64,000 nt of DNA from Zygnema circumcarinatum SAG 698-1b (GCA_037447605.1 CM074819.1:1944297-2008296), one strand, 5' to 3'. Shown: positions 12,201 through 29,810, numbered from the stretch's first letter. Notes: generated by a model not told the origin, from the sequence alone. Numbers and translations: made by a program.

Positions 12201-13568
12201 GCATTTGCCGGGGGTGTAGGAGCGTAGTTCGATGGGTGATGCCGTGAAGGCGAAGGTATGTGAAGAAGGCAGTGGACATAAACTCAGCCAAGTATCATGT
12301 ATGGTCTTGATGCGCGGCAACGGTATACCCTGCACGCTTTGAACTCTTGGAAGTGGAGAAACGCTGACTTGTGAGCCATGGGAAAACATGGGAAATGAGT
12401 CGCTTGGTCAATGAAAGTGATAAAGTATGATGCCACGAGGTTAACATCATAGGGCCACGTATTATCGAATGAATGAGCGAGGCTCTCGTGAGACAAGGGG
12501 TGGAGCTTGAGGGAAGTAAGGTACAATCTTGTCATTTTCCTTGAATACACTCTAACAAAAGTCTAACTTGTCGGTAGAGAAAGAGTCTAAACCTAACACT
12601 AAGCCCTCGTCCGAGAGTTCCAGGTTACCGAAGGTGGGCCAAAGCGAGGTGCCACCGAAAGCAAAGGTAAGTGGGGCTGCAGTGTAGGTGAGTATGGGCG
12701 TGCCTAAGGAGGCCGCAAAGAGGTAAGGGGAAAACAATGGCCGGTTTCACGGCCGCGTCTAACCATTTGATCCGGGGAAGAAAGCAACTCATTCCCGCCT
12801 AAAAGAGCCGAATGCCTAAAATCGTGGATGGAGGGGCTAATGCGGAAAACAGAGATTCTTTATGAAAATATCCACTGTAGACGCCATCGGCGATGAAGCT
12901 ACCGTCAGTCAATTAGAGTGAAACCTGGCCGACATGCGCAGCAGTCAAGGAGCTGCTATCCCCTAAGAAAATGGTCATGGGAGAGTGGGAGGAGAGAGCC
13001 GCAGAGAACCAGTCACTTCACTTAAAAGTTAGATGATGGGAGGCACCAGTCAATAAGCTAAGTGGAGTCGTGGAGGCAGGGGCTGGGTCATACTCAAAAG
13101 GTCCGCGCCGTAGTTGGGCGTGACTCAACTCGAGCACTATATAGACTACACCCGGGTGGGGAGGCGGCCGCCGGGGAAGCCGTGGTGAAGAGAGGTGTAC
13201 GGCGGCGCGGCGCAAGGACCAAGGGAGCGGAACGGAGGGAGGGTGGCTACGTAAGCTACCGACAAGCCCGCCGGGGACCAATCGCAGGGGCCAAATCGGA
13301 GGGCGCCGCGATATTTGCCGCGCCAGCGGGCGGAGGTACGGACGGGCGCGGCAAAAGTCGGCGCGCCTCCTTTTTGGCCAGAGCGGGACAGTTGTCCTTT
13401 ACGTGAGTCTGTTCCTTGCAATACCGACAAAAAAGGGCGCCAGGAGACTTGGACGGTGGAGGACCAGATCCGAAGAGCGCGGACGCGTGGGAGGATCTGG
13501 AGGGGGTGGAATCTTTTTCCTCCTCGTTCAAAAGAAGGTCGGTCAGATCAGCGACGGTTAGTGAGATC
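9288..13568 (-). mobile_element. Ty1/Copia family 2, degenerate (3' LTR ~9288-9859; RH, RT, IN, PR, gag end)
   Basis: Minus-strand RT MDVKTAFLYG..YVDDL, GYCDSDW, SSTEAEY, GSKWVFKIK; protease remnant TGASHHLT; knuckle CRYCKEQTHVKDNC; PPT remnant GAGGCG followed by TGTTGA at 9859. Confidence 0.9.
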
Positions 13569-13578
13569 NNNNNNNNNN

Positions 13579-13777
13579 ATGCCGAATGCGGAATGCGGAA
13601 TGCGGAATGCGGAATGCGGAATGGGGAATGCGAAATGCGGAATGCGGAATGCGAAATGCGGAATGCGGATTGCGGAATGGGGAATGCGGAATGCGGAATG
13701 GGGAATTCGGAATGCGGATTGGGGATTGCGGAATGCGGAATGCAGGATGCGGAATGCGGAATGCGAAATGCGGAATG
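13579..13777. repeat. Heptamer tandem array (GCGGAAT)n, ~28 copies, followed by CAG- and GA-rich tracts to ~14110
   Basis: Read directly from the sequence; it explains the MRNAECG and PHSAFRI pseudo-ORFs. Confidence 0.95.
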
Positions 13778-14302
13778 CCAAATCCAGCAGCAAAAAAAAA
13801 AAGAATGAACAAAAAAAATGAATGCTGCAGCAGAAAAGGCAGCAGCAGCAGCAGCAGTAGCCACAGCAGCAGTACCATCATTAGCAGCAGCAACAACAGC
13901 AGCAGCAGCAGATAGGGAGTGAGAGAAGTACCGACAGGGGGCGAGAGAGAGTGGGAGAGAGGGACAGAGTAGTGGGACAAGCAGGGAGGTAGTGGGAGAG
14001 ACACCAGGGCGGGAGAGACAAAGGGAGGGAGAGAGCAAGAGAGGGAGTGAAGGGGAAAAAGAGAGGCAGAGACAAGGAGGGAGACAGCAACAGAGGGGAG
14101 TAGAGAGGGAGTACCTCTTCGCCTTGGCGTCTTCGCTCACCACTCTCCCGTGATTCTTATGTGGTCCGTGAGGACGCGGCTGCCGCAAAGTGGGCGCTCG
14201 TGGGGGGAGGGGGAAGAAAATAATGAACTGCGCTTTTGCAATCGAACACGTGGCAGATGGTGATTGGCTGCAGTTTTCCGCAGGCTGGCCGATCCGACTC
14301 AT

Positions 14303-15555
14303 TAGGGGGTGTCAGACTTAACAAAATGTTACGAATATCGAGTTTTTAGTAGGGTAGTGATATTTCCACCCCTTTTTTGGATCCAAACACCCCTTCCCGG
14401 CCGGGCAGATTTCAGAAGGGATTAAAAACAGAAAATGCTTTTTTCACACCTTTTTGGAATCGATACCTACCTTCTTCCGTCGGCTGATTTTATTTTTGCT
14501 AACCAAGGAAAATGATACCACGTCACCGCATTTTGAATACTGTATCCCGCCTCACTGAATTTTTTTTTGAGGGAAAGAATTATCTGCCTGCCCGAATCCG
14601 CTCGGAGCGGAAGATCCGTCCGCCACAAGATCGTTCGCGGGTGTCCGTCCTTCACACGTGTGTGTCAATCGCAGCTGTCGATTCCCTCGCAGATCGCACC
14701 ACTGCAAATCACCGTTCGATCTGCAGCCGGGCTCGATCTTAGCGAATGGAAAGCGCCCACGAGTCCCGTCAAAGCCAAATCGCAAGTGCGAGTGCGCGCG
14801 TCCCTCGGCCCGAGATCTCGTCATTGTTAGCTCCCAGCCAATCAACATCTGCCACGTGTTTCATTTTTGACGTGGAAAATTATGATTGGTTCAAGATCTC
14901 AATGTACAAAATTTTGGGTTCCTCACATTGCGATCGTACGCCATTTGTACGGACAAATTTTTGAGACGACTTTGGCGGGATACGTGGGCAGGTGCCCCGC
15001 GCTGTGACCGAGCCCGGCTGCCGATCAAATAGTAATCTGCCGTGTTGCGATCTGCGAGGGAATCGACGGCTGCGATTGACCGCACGCGTGAAAAAATATT
15101 CAGGTAAGCGGGATATTCAAATGGGGTGATGGGTTATCATTTTCCTTGTTTCGCAGAAATAAATCTGCCGATGGAGGGTGGTATCGATTCCAAAAAGGTG
15201 TGAAAAAGCCATTTTCCGCTTTTAATCCTTTTTGACATCTGCCCGGCCGGGAAGGGGTGTTTGGATCCAAAAAAGGGGTGGAAATATCACTACCCTTTTA
15301 GTATTACGAGAATCGAGGTTACTAAGTACTAAAAATCATCGCGCCCCCGAACCTAAACCGAACCGAACGGAAGTCAACTGTGCTAAGTCAACGGGTCAAC
15401 GTTGCGAAGATTCACCCGTGGGGTTTACTAAAAAGGGCACTTCTTCGCACGATTTTGTTCGCACCCAAAAGAGGCGCCGAAATGGACGTGCGATGAAACG
15501 AATGGCGAAAATCGCGTCAACGTGACGTCATGGTTTTTTTCCCGCCCGCCCGCGC
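14303..15555 (+). mobile_element. Left end of DNA transposon A (terminus TAGGGGGTGTCAGACTTAA), interrupted by MITE B
   Basis: Reverse complement of ~22610-22915, which lacks the MITE B insertion. Confidence 0.75.
14352..15295. mobile_element. MITE B: non-autonomous foldback element, ~120-bp TIRs, 8-bp TSD TTTTAGTA
   Basis: TIR GGGTAGTGATATTTCCACCCC..., TSD at 14344-14351 and 15296-15303. The empty site is visible at ~21928-21945 and, reverse-complemented, at ~22862-22878. Inner inverted repeat ~14655-14780 vs ~14965-15090. Confidence 0.88.
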
Positions 15556-15628
15556 GCCGGGTCCCTCTCTTGCCGTCGAGCCACCCCCCAACAACCTCCC
15601 CCTCCCCCTCCTTATCCGGCCGCCCGCC

Positions 15629-17106
15629 ATGGCCCGAGGTTCTGTGCCTGACGCCACCTGCCTGCGCCCTTCCCTCCCTTCCGGAGGGACTCGAAACCGA
15701 CGTGTGGCTGCGCTTCACGCGCTAACTTTGCTAGAGGTACTCCCTCGTTCCTTGCCTTTCATTTCCTTTCCTTGCCTTTCCTTGCCTTTCCTTGCCTTTC
15801 CTTGCCTTGGTCTGTAGCTGCTGCTATAAGCCGAAGTGGAGCTTCAGAGAACGAACAACGCGCTGACCTTCACGTGGTTCTTGTGTCTCCCTTGGTATGT
15901 ATATATTATGCATATATATATTATTATTTTTGCTTTCTCTTGAAATCTCATTAAGTTCTTTAATACCTTCATAAAAGTTGCTGAAAAAATTGTATAGAAT
16001 TGCTCAGATTTGTCTGATTGACCCTACTATTTCTGCGTTACCTTTAGCGATCGTTTTCTTTGGGTTCAAGGTTATTTTGCATCTGGGAGTTGAGTCGTAC
16101 ACTTGAAATTTATCTCTTAACTTCTGAAATACTTCATTTTTTGTGGGTTTTTTAATAATGTTCTGAGTTAATTGCAGATTCCCGGCAACGTTGGGTCGAT
16201 TGCGCGGACATGTGCGGCGACATCGGTGGGGCTGCACCTTGTGGAGGTGAGTGAGAGGGAGAGAGACAGAGAGAGAGAGAGAGAGGATGGAAGAGGCCGG
16301 AAAGAGGAGGGACAAGAGAGGAGAGAGGGAGAAGGGTAGTGGGAGAAAAGAGGTGAGACAGAAAGAGGGTGTAGGACAGTCAAGGGGAGAGAGGGAGGGA
16401 CGCAGGGAGAGGGAAGAGGGAGGAGTGAGGGAGAGGGGAGAGGAAGGGATGGAGGACGAGAGAAGGAAATTATGAGGGAGTGGGAAAGGGAGGGAGAGGG
16501 GGAGGGAGGCAAGAGAGAGTGACTGATGGAGGGTGAGAGGAGAGGTGCGAGGGAGTGAGGAAGAGGACGAGAGAGGGAGACATGAAGTGTGGGCGAGAGG
16601 GAAAGGGAGGGGGAGAGTGAAGGAGGGAATTGAGAGAGAGGAAAATGAGGGAGATGGAAAGGGAGGGTTAGGTAATTCATTCATGGACCTGTGCGAAAAG
16701 AAAATTATAATGGCAATAAAAAATTTTGTCAAATTAGGAGGAGAGGGAGTAAAAAAGTGCTGCTCGTCCAACTGGGAGGGCACTTGCCTCTGGCAAGAAA
16801 TCTGGGTTCAATTCCCAGGCAGTTCCATTCGAAGAGCACTCTCTCCCACTCTCTCTCCCACTCTCTCCCGCTCACTCTCTCCGTCACTTCTCTGTTGATG
16901 TCTGCATCATTCCTATCCCTGCCCTTTTATCTTCAAAATGTCTGTATTTCCGTCCTGATTTTGCTTTTTCCCCTCCCCCCTCTGCCTCTCCTCTCTCCCT
17001 CCTCTCCCTCCCCCCCCTCTCTCTCCCTCCCCCCCCTCTCTCCTCTCCCTCCCCCACTCTCTCTCTCCTCTCCCTCCCCCCCTCTCTCTCTCTCCTCTCC
17101 CTCCCC

Positions 17107-17171
<65 letters not shown>

Positions 17172-19387
17172 CTGCAGCCTCTGGGCTTCCAAGTAGACGA
17201 CGCGAAGCTGAAGCGTGCAGGGCTCGACTATTGGCCCTTTGTGGTAGTGCGCATACATCCCTCCTGGTCCGAATTTTTCGCTTACTTTCAGCAGCAGGTT
17301 CTACCTTCCTCCCTCCCTCTCTCTCTCTCCCTCCCTTTCAACATCCCTCCCTCCCTCCTTCCTTCCCCCCAACTCCTTCATTCCATCCCCATCCCCGGCT
17401 CCCACTCTCCCTCGTTCTCTACCTGCCTCACTCTCTCCCTCCCCTTACCTCCTTCTCTCGCTCCGCATCCCCCGCTCCCTCCCTCTCTCACAACCTACCT
17501 CCCTCCTTCCTTCCCTCCACTTCCACCCTCCCTACCCCCCTCCCTCCCCCCCTACCCCTACCTCCTCCCTTCCTTCCCCATCCCCAGCTCTCACCCACCT
17601 TCCCTACCTCCCTCCTTCCTTCCCTGCTCTTCCACCCTCCCTACCCCCCTCCCTCCCCCCCTACCTCTACCTCCTCCCTTCCTTCCCCATCCCCAGCTCT
17701 CACCCACCTTCCCTACCTCCCTCCCTTCTTCCCTCCCACCTCATCCCTGCTCCGTCCCTCCCTGCCTCTTTCCGTCGCTTCCAACCTCCCTCCTCCCTCC
17801 CTCCCTCCCTCCCTCCCCTCCTCCCCACTTCTCCCCTCCCTTGCTTTCCCTCCTCAGCCTACTTCATTCCTTCCCTGCAGCTCCCACCCTCCCTCCTTCC
17901 CTTCTTCCCCATCCCCGCTCCTCCCCTCCCTCTTTCCCTTCCTTCCTCCATCCCTCATCCATCTCTCCCTCCCTCCCTCCCCCTCCCCTCTCCGCCCCTC
18001 TCCTCCCCTCCATCCCTCCCAACCCTACCCATTCCCACCCTCTCTCCCTTTCCCCCGCTCCCTCCCTCACTCCGACCCTCCCTCCCTCTCTCCTACCCTC
18101 CCTCCCCTACCCGTTCCCTCCCTCCTGTTTCTCCCCCTCTCTGCCTCTCCTACCTCCCTCCCTCCCTCCCTCACCTGCGATTCCTCACATCACTGATTGT
18201 ACAATGATCGCTTTCTCTCCAAGATTGCAGGAGGAGCCAAAACGACTCATTGCATTTTCAAAGAGAGGCAGTCAAGTTCATTGGGTGCGTCTCCCTCTCC
18301 CTCCCTCTCCCTCCTCTCCCTCCTCTACCTCCTCTCTCTCCTCTCCCTCCTCTACCTCCTTTCCCTACTCTCTCTCCTCTACCTCCTCTCTCTCTCTCCC
18401 TCCCTCCCTCTCTCCTCTCCCTCCTCCCTCCCCATCAATCATTTACCCCTTCGCCTCCCCCCTCCCATTCCCCACTCCCACTCCCACTCCCTCCCTCCCT
18501 CCCATTCCCCACTCCCACTCCCTCCCTCTCCCTCCCTCTCTCTCTCTCCCCCTCTCTCTCTCTCCCCCCCTCTCTCCTCTCCCTCCCCCCATCTCTCTCT
18601 CTCTCTCCCTCCTCTCCCTCCCTCCCTCTCTCTCTCTCCTCTCCCTCCTTCCCTCCCCCTCCCTTCCCCCCCACCCTCCCTCCCTCTCCCTCTCCCTCCC
18701 TCTCCCTCCCTCTCCCACTCCCTCCCTCTCCCTCCCTCCCTCCCCCTCACCCTCCGTTTCTCCTTTTCCACTCCCTCCCTTTCACCCCCCTTCCTCCCTC
18801 CCCCCCGCTCCCGCTCTCTCTCTCCCTCCCCTCTCCCTCCCCTCTCCCCCCCCCTCAATCCCCTGACTCCATATTCGTTCTCTCCCTTCCTCCCCCACCT
18901 CCCTCCCCTTTCCCCACTCCCACTCCCACTCCCACTCCCGCCCTCTTCCTCTAATAACCTCTCCCTTCTGTACCTCCTCTCCCTCCTCTACCTCCTTTCC
19001 CTACTCTCTCTCCTCTACCTCCTCTCTCTCCTCTCCCTCCTCTCCCTCCTCTCCCTCCTCTCCCTCCTCTCCCTCCTCTCCCTACTCTCTCCCACGCAGA
19101 CTCTCCGCTACCGCCCTGGCGATTGGCTCCTTTTCGGTTCTGAAACCACTGGTCTCCCCAAAGAAGCTTTGGAGCAGTGCTCCAACGGTTTCCATGCGGG
19201 CGGAATCGCCCGAATTCCGATCATAGAAACGCACGTCCGTTCATTGAATCTGGCCGTGGCTACGAGTGTGGGGATCTATGAGGCTCTACGTCAGTTAGAC
19301 CATACGGAACAGCCGTTCCATGAGGGAGGGGATGTTTCAGAGCCTAGTTTTGAGCATGAGAAGGCGGAGGTCGAGGTGGTTACTTGA
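15629..19387 (+). CDS. trmL: tRNA (cytidine/uridine-34 2'-O)-methyltransferase, TrmL/SpoU family, spliced
   Basis: Exons: ~15818 or 15850-15894 (LHVVLVSPL), 16178-16246 (IPGNVGSIARTCAATSVGLHLVE), 17178-17297 (PLGFQVDDAKLKRAGLDYW), 18231-18284, 19100-19387 (LLFGSETTGLP..RSLNLA). All GT-AG and in phase. The first exon 15629-15736 is tentative because its phase with the next acceptor is unresolved. Confidence 0.9.
16759..16823 (+). pseudogene. tRNA-like sequence (tRNA pseudogene or SINE head) in the TrmL intron
   Basis: GCTGCT/GGCAGT acceptor stem, GTCC/GGGC D stem, CTTGC/GCAAG anticodon stem with only a 5-nt loop, perfect T arm CTGGG-TTCAATT-CCCAG. Confidence 0.65.
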
Positions 19388-20439
19388 AAAAAAATTGTCT
19401 TGGAAACTGTAGTCTTTTTGTTGTTCTTTTATTCCTTTTTCTTTCACCTGCCCATCTCTCTCCCTCCCTCCCCCCCCACCCCCTCCCTCCCCCACCCACC
19501 CCATCTCTCTCCCCCACACCCTCCCTCCCTCCTCCCTCCCTCCCTCCCTCTCCCTCCCCCCACCCTCTCTCCCTCCCTCTCCCTCCCTCCCTCCCTCCCT
19601 CCCCTCCCTCCCTCTCTCCCTCTCCCTCCCTCCCTCCCCCCCTCTCTCTCTCTCCCCCCCTCTCTCTCTCTCCCCCTCTCTCTCTCCCTCCTCTCCCTCC
19701 CTCTCCCTCCCCCCACCCTCTCCCTCCCTCTCCCACCCCCTCAATTTTCCCCCACCCTCTCCCTCGTCCCCCACCCTCTCCCTCCCTCCTCCCTCCCTCC
19801 CCTCTCCTCCCTCCCCCCATCTCTCTCCCCCACACCCTCCCTCCCTCCTCCCTCCTCCTCCCTCCCTCCTCCCTCCCCCCACCCTCCCTCCCTCCCCCAA
19901 TTCTAAGGTGATGGACGGTGGGTTGGCTTGTTGGTGAGGTTCGATGTCACCCACTTATGCGACGTGTGCAGTATTCCACCACTCGTTATTCCAAATGTTT
20001 ACTTTTATGCCGAGATGTAAATTCCGATGACATGCTCCAACAAAGTACGGCCAGTGCCGGATGTCAATCTGTTGAATTTTTATTTTTATCTGAGTTCAAA
20101 CTAAATATTATCACTTTTAGCCACTCGGCCTCTCTTAACTATGTATACACAGTTCACGTTCTCTCTCTCTCTCTCTCTCCCCCCCTCTCTCTCTCTCCCT
20201 CCCTCCTTCCTTCCCTCCACTTCCACCCTCCCTACCCCCTCCCTCCCTCTCTCCTCTCCCTCTCCCTCTCCCTCCCTCTCTCTCTCTCTCCTCTCCCTAA
20301 ACCCCTATTGTAAACTTCGTACCCATACTTGTTCTCCTAATTCCGACCTTCTCTAGTCAACAAAAAAAGAATTTAAAAAAAACCAAACTATTTCACCCGT
20401 TCAACAATATTTCGCCACCGTTTTTTTTTACTATTTTTC

Positions 20440-20840
20440 TGCCCTGAAATTTTGAACACTTTTAGTCCGATGGAATCTCCACTTCCATTTTCACGCTCGA
20501 TCCAAGAACCTGCAGAAATAAAAAACGACGTTAAGAAAAAATTCCAAATTTAAAGGAAAAATTTAGCCACCTTGCTATATTCAGATAGCAACCCCCTTAA
20601 AGCCCATTTATGCCCCATATGCACCCCTTTTTTCACTCCATTTGGACCCATTTAAATAAAAAAAACGCTCATAAAAATAGCGTGAAGATATTACTTGCTG
20701 ATACAAATCCATCAATTCTTCTGCTTCTGTTTCGTCGTCAGAAGAATCTGCTTCTTCTTCATCCTCATAAAAATAAGCAAATGCAATTAAGCCCTCTAAA
20801 ACTGCAAGTATGCGATTTCTATCTGACTGTCGAGGCATAA
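20440..20840 (-). pseudogene. Possible PIF/Harbinger-type transposase N-terminal fragment
   Basis: MPRQSDRNRILAVLEGL..acidic patch..LYQQVISSRY resembles, from memory, N-termini of DDE_Tnp_4 transposases. It reads inward from the transposon A end at 21971. No DDE core seen. Confidence 0.35.
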
Positions 20841-20934
20841 TGATGGCAATGTTTCGAATGCAGCTTTGAATGCTGCAGGAAAGGATAAAAAAAAAGAAAA
20901 GGAAACAAAAAAGGTAGTAAGATGGTAGGCAGAC

Positions 20935-21430
20935 AAGGGGCAGGCCGGCAAGGGGGCGGGGAAGGGGCAAGGAAAGGGGCAGGGGCGGGGAAAAGCAAGG
21001 AAAGGGGCAGGCCGGCAAGGGGGCGGGGAAGGGGCAAGGAAAGGGGCAGGCCGGCAAGGGGCAAGGTAAGGGGTAGGGAGTGGGGCAAGGGGGCAGGGAG
21101 GGGGGGCAGCGGGCAAGGATGGGTAGCTAGGCAAGGGTGCAGGCCGGCAAGGGGGCGGGGAAGGGGCAAGGAAAGAGGCCGGCAAGGGGGCGGGGAAGGG
21201 GCAAGGAAAGGGGCAGGCCGGCAAGGGGCGGGGAAGGGGCAAGGAAAGGGGCAGGCCGGCAAGGGGCGGGGAAGGGGCAAGGAAAGAGGCCGGCAAGGGG
21301 GCGGGGAAGGGGCAAGGAAAGGGGCAGGCGGTGGGAAAAGGGGGCAAGGTAAGGGGTAGGGAGTGGGGCAAGGGGGCAGGGAGGGGGGGCAGCGGGCAAG
21401 GGGGGGTAGCTAGGCAAGGGTGCAGGCCGG
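20935..21430. repeat. G-rich minisatellite, ~39-bp unit CAGGCCGGCAAGGGGGCGGGGAAGGGGCAAGGAAAGGGG
   Basis: About 8 imperfect tandem copies seen directly. Confidence 0.85.
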
Positions 21431-21705
21431 CAAGCGGGCAAGTAGGCAGGCATACAGGGACAGGGAGCAGGGGGGCAGGCGGGAGTACCTGGAGCAAAGG
21501 GAGCGTGTGGGGACTGGGGAGCGGCCACAAGAAGTTGTTCGCCCGATCGATTTGGGCGCTGACAAGGGACGGCGGGCAAGCGTGAACAAGACCCTCGGCT
21601 TAAGTCGGGGTGGCAGGAGGAGGAGGAGGAGGAGGAGGAGGAGAAGGAGGAGGAGGAGGAGGAGGCGGCGGCGGAGGGGGAGGAGATGGTGGCGGCGCGC
21701 AGCGA

Positions 21706-22599
21706 CGTGACGCGCAACACGACACACCGACAAGCGGTCTCCGCGCGCCGCGCCGGCGCTGGTTCTAAGTCTGAGGGCCCCGCGCGAGGGCGAAGTTGCG
21801 AAGACGGCGTTTGGAGAAGTGCGAAGACGGCGATCGCGGAGTGCGAACAGGACCGCGCCGCGAGTGCGAAAAACTACGCTCGAGAATTTTAGTTTTACTG
21901 ACGTTGACTCGAAATGTTACGAATATCGAGTTTTTAGTATTACGAGAATTTTTTAAGTCTGACACGCCCTACTGTAAATAGTCGCCCCCTAAAATTAGGG
22001 TAGTGATATTTCCACCCCTTTTTTGGATCCAAACACCCCTTCCCGGCTGGGCAGATTTCAAAAGGGATTAAAAACGGAAAATGCTTTTTTCACACCTTTT
22101 TGGAATCGTCACCCCTTCAAAATGGGGTGACGGCACTGACGGGTTATCATTTTCCTTGTTTCGCAAAAATAAAATCTGCCGATGGTGGGTGGGTATCGAT
22201 TCCAAAAAGGTGTGAAAAAAGCATTTTCCGTTTTTAATCCCTTTTGAAATCTGCCCAGCCGGGAAGGGGTGTTTGGATCCAAAAAAGGGGTGGAAATATC
22301 ACTACCCTAATTTTAGGGGGCGACTATTTACAGTAGGGCGTGTCAGACTTAAAAAATTCTCGTAATACTAAAAACTCGATATTCGTAACATTTCGAGTCA
22401 ACGTCAGTAAAACTAAAATTCTCGAGCGTAGTTTTTCGCACTCGCGGCGCGGTCCTGTTCGCACTCCGCGATCGCCGTCTTCGCACTTCTCCAAACGCCG
22501 TCTTCGCAACTTCGCCCTCGCGCGGGGCCCTCAGACTTAGAACCAGCGCCGGCGCGGCGCGCGGAGACCGCTTGTCGGTGTGTCGTGTTGCGCGTCACG
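21706..22599. repeat. Large near-perfect inverted repeat (~400-bp arms, ~85-bp spacer) centred on a short MITE B copy (21998-22307)
   Basis: Identical ORFs on opposite strands (21796-21981+ and 22324-22509-). The arms pair from 21706 to 22599. Confidence 0.93.
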
Positions 22600-22915
22600 G
22601 GCGGGCGCGGGCGCGGGCGGGAAGCCGGGAAAACAACCATGACGTCACGTTGACGCGATTTTCGCCATTCTTTCCTTCTCACGTCCATTTCAGCGCCTCT
22701 TTTGGGTGCGAACAAAATCGTGCGAAGAAGTGCCCTTTTTAGTAAACCCCACAGAAGAATCTTCGCAACGTTGACCCGTTGACTTAGCACAGTTGACTTC
22801 CGTTCGGTTCGGTTTAGGTTTGGGGGCGCGATGATTTTCAGTACTTAGTAACCTCGATTCTCGTAATACTAAAAACTCGATATTCGTAACATTTGGTTAA
22901 GTCTGACACCCCCTA
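22334..22915. mobile_element. Short (582 bp) non-autonomous copy of transposon A
   Basis: TIRs TAGGGCGTGTCAGACTTAA and TTAAGTCTGACACCCCCTA, plus a ~36-bp subterminal direct repeat TTCTCGTAATACTAAAAACTCGATATTCGTAACATTT near both ends. No 8-bp TSD. Confidence 0.75.
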
Positions 22916-23597
22916 TTGTTCAATTCACACTCTTTCAGAAATCGCTGACGCAAAGAAGCTTCTTGTGCGGCCGTACGGACGTCAAATTGACACGCGGCCG
23001 TACGGTACAAACGCGGCCGCGCGCGCGCAAAGGACAGAATGTCCGCCCGCTACCGTACAGAGCCGATATAAGCCAAGCGCCGCGTGGTGGCACGTGGCGC
23101 AAGCCGATAGGCCGCCGTGACGCATGATGGAATAATGCACCAAAGGCTGCGCCACGCGACAAAGGTTGCCCGTACAGGCCCTCCAGCCCGTACAGGCATA
23201 CGGCCTGTACCACTTATATGAATAAGCGAAAAAATTGGCTCGAGGGAGGGCGGGCTTTGAGCGTTGGGGAGACGAAGCGGCGTTTTCCGCTCCACGCTTT
23301 TTTCTTTTGAGCTTAGGGCCTTTGCGGGCAGTTCCTCGTGGTTCCCCATCATGATGACGATGTTGTTGGCCATGCCCATGTGATGGCATCATGGCCATGC
23401 GTGCTATCCGCATCCCATCTCGAAGGCTAGCGAGTTAAGATGCATACTACATGCAAGTGAGTCTGTGTAGCGAGCTGGGGCTATTCTGCAAGAAGAGAAG
23501 AGTTTGAGGTTTTGGCCGGTGGGCTTTCTCTACTCACTCTCCACTTTCTCATAGTACATTTGACGTGAGCATTCCCTTCGCAAGCGCTGCATAGAAA

Positions 23598-29611
<6,014 letters not shown>

Positions 29612-29810
29612 GCGGAGGGCCTCGAGTGAGGGAGGGAGAGAGGGAGGGAGGGAGGGAGGGAGGGAGGAAGGGAGGGAGGGAGGCAGGGGAGGGAGGGAGG
29701 GGAAGGAGAGAGGAGGGTAAGGGCTCCCCTCAACTCTTCACGGATTTTAGGGTTTTAGGGTTTTAGTGTCTTTAAGGGTTTTAGGAGTTTTAGGGTTTTT
29801 AGGGTTTTCG

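Noticed and set aside
13256-14302. 348-aa minus-strand ORF
   Set aside because: Chimera across an N gap of Copia gag and satellite translation.
16004-19954. Long Pro/Ser/Leu- or Gly/Arg/Glu-rich ORFs (up to 541 aa)
   Set aside because: They are translations of CT/GA low-complexity introns and 3' flank, which lack stop codons by composition. The same applies at 24.1-26.1 kb and 32.6-34.6 kb.
19920-20140. Unique island between CT tracts as a possible exon
   Set aside because: No recognisable protein motif in any frame and no convincing splice-site pair.
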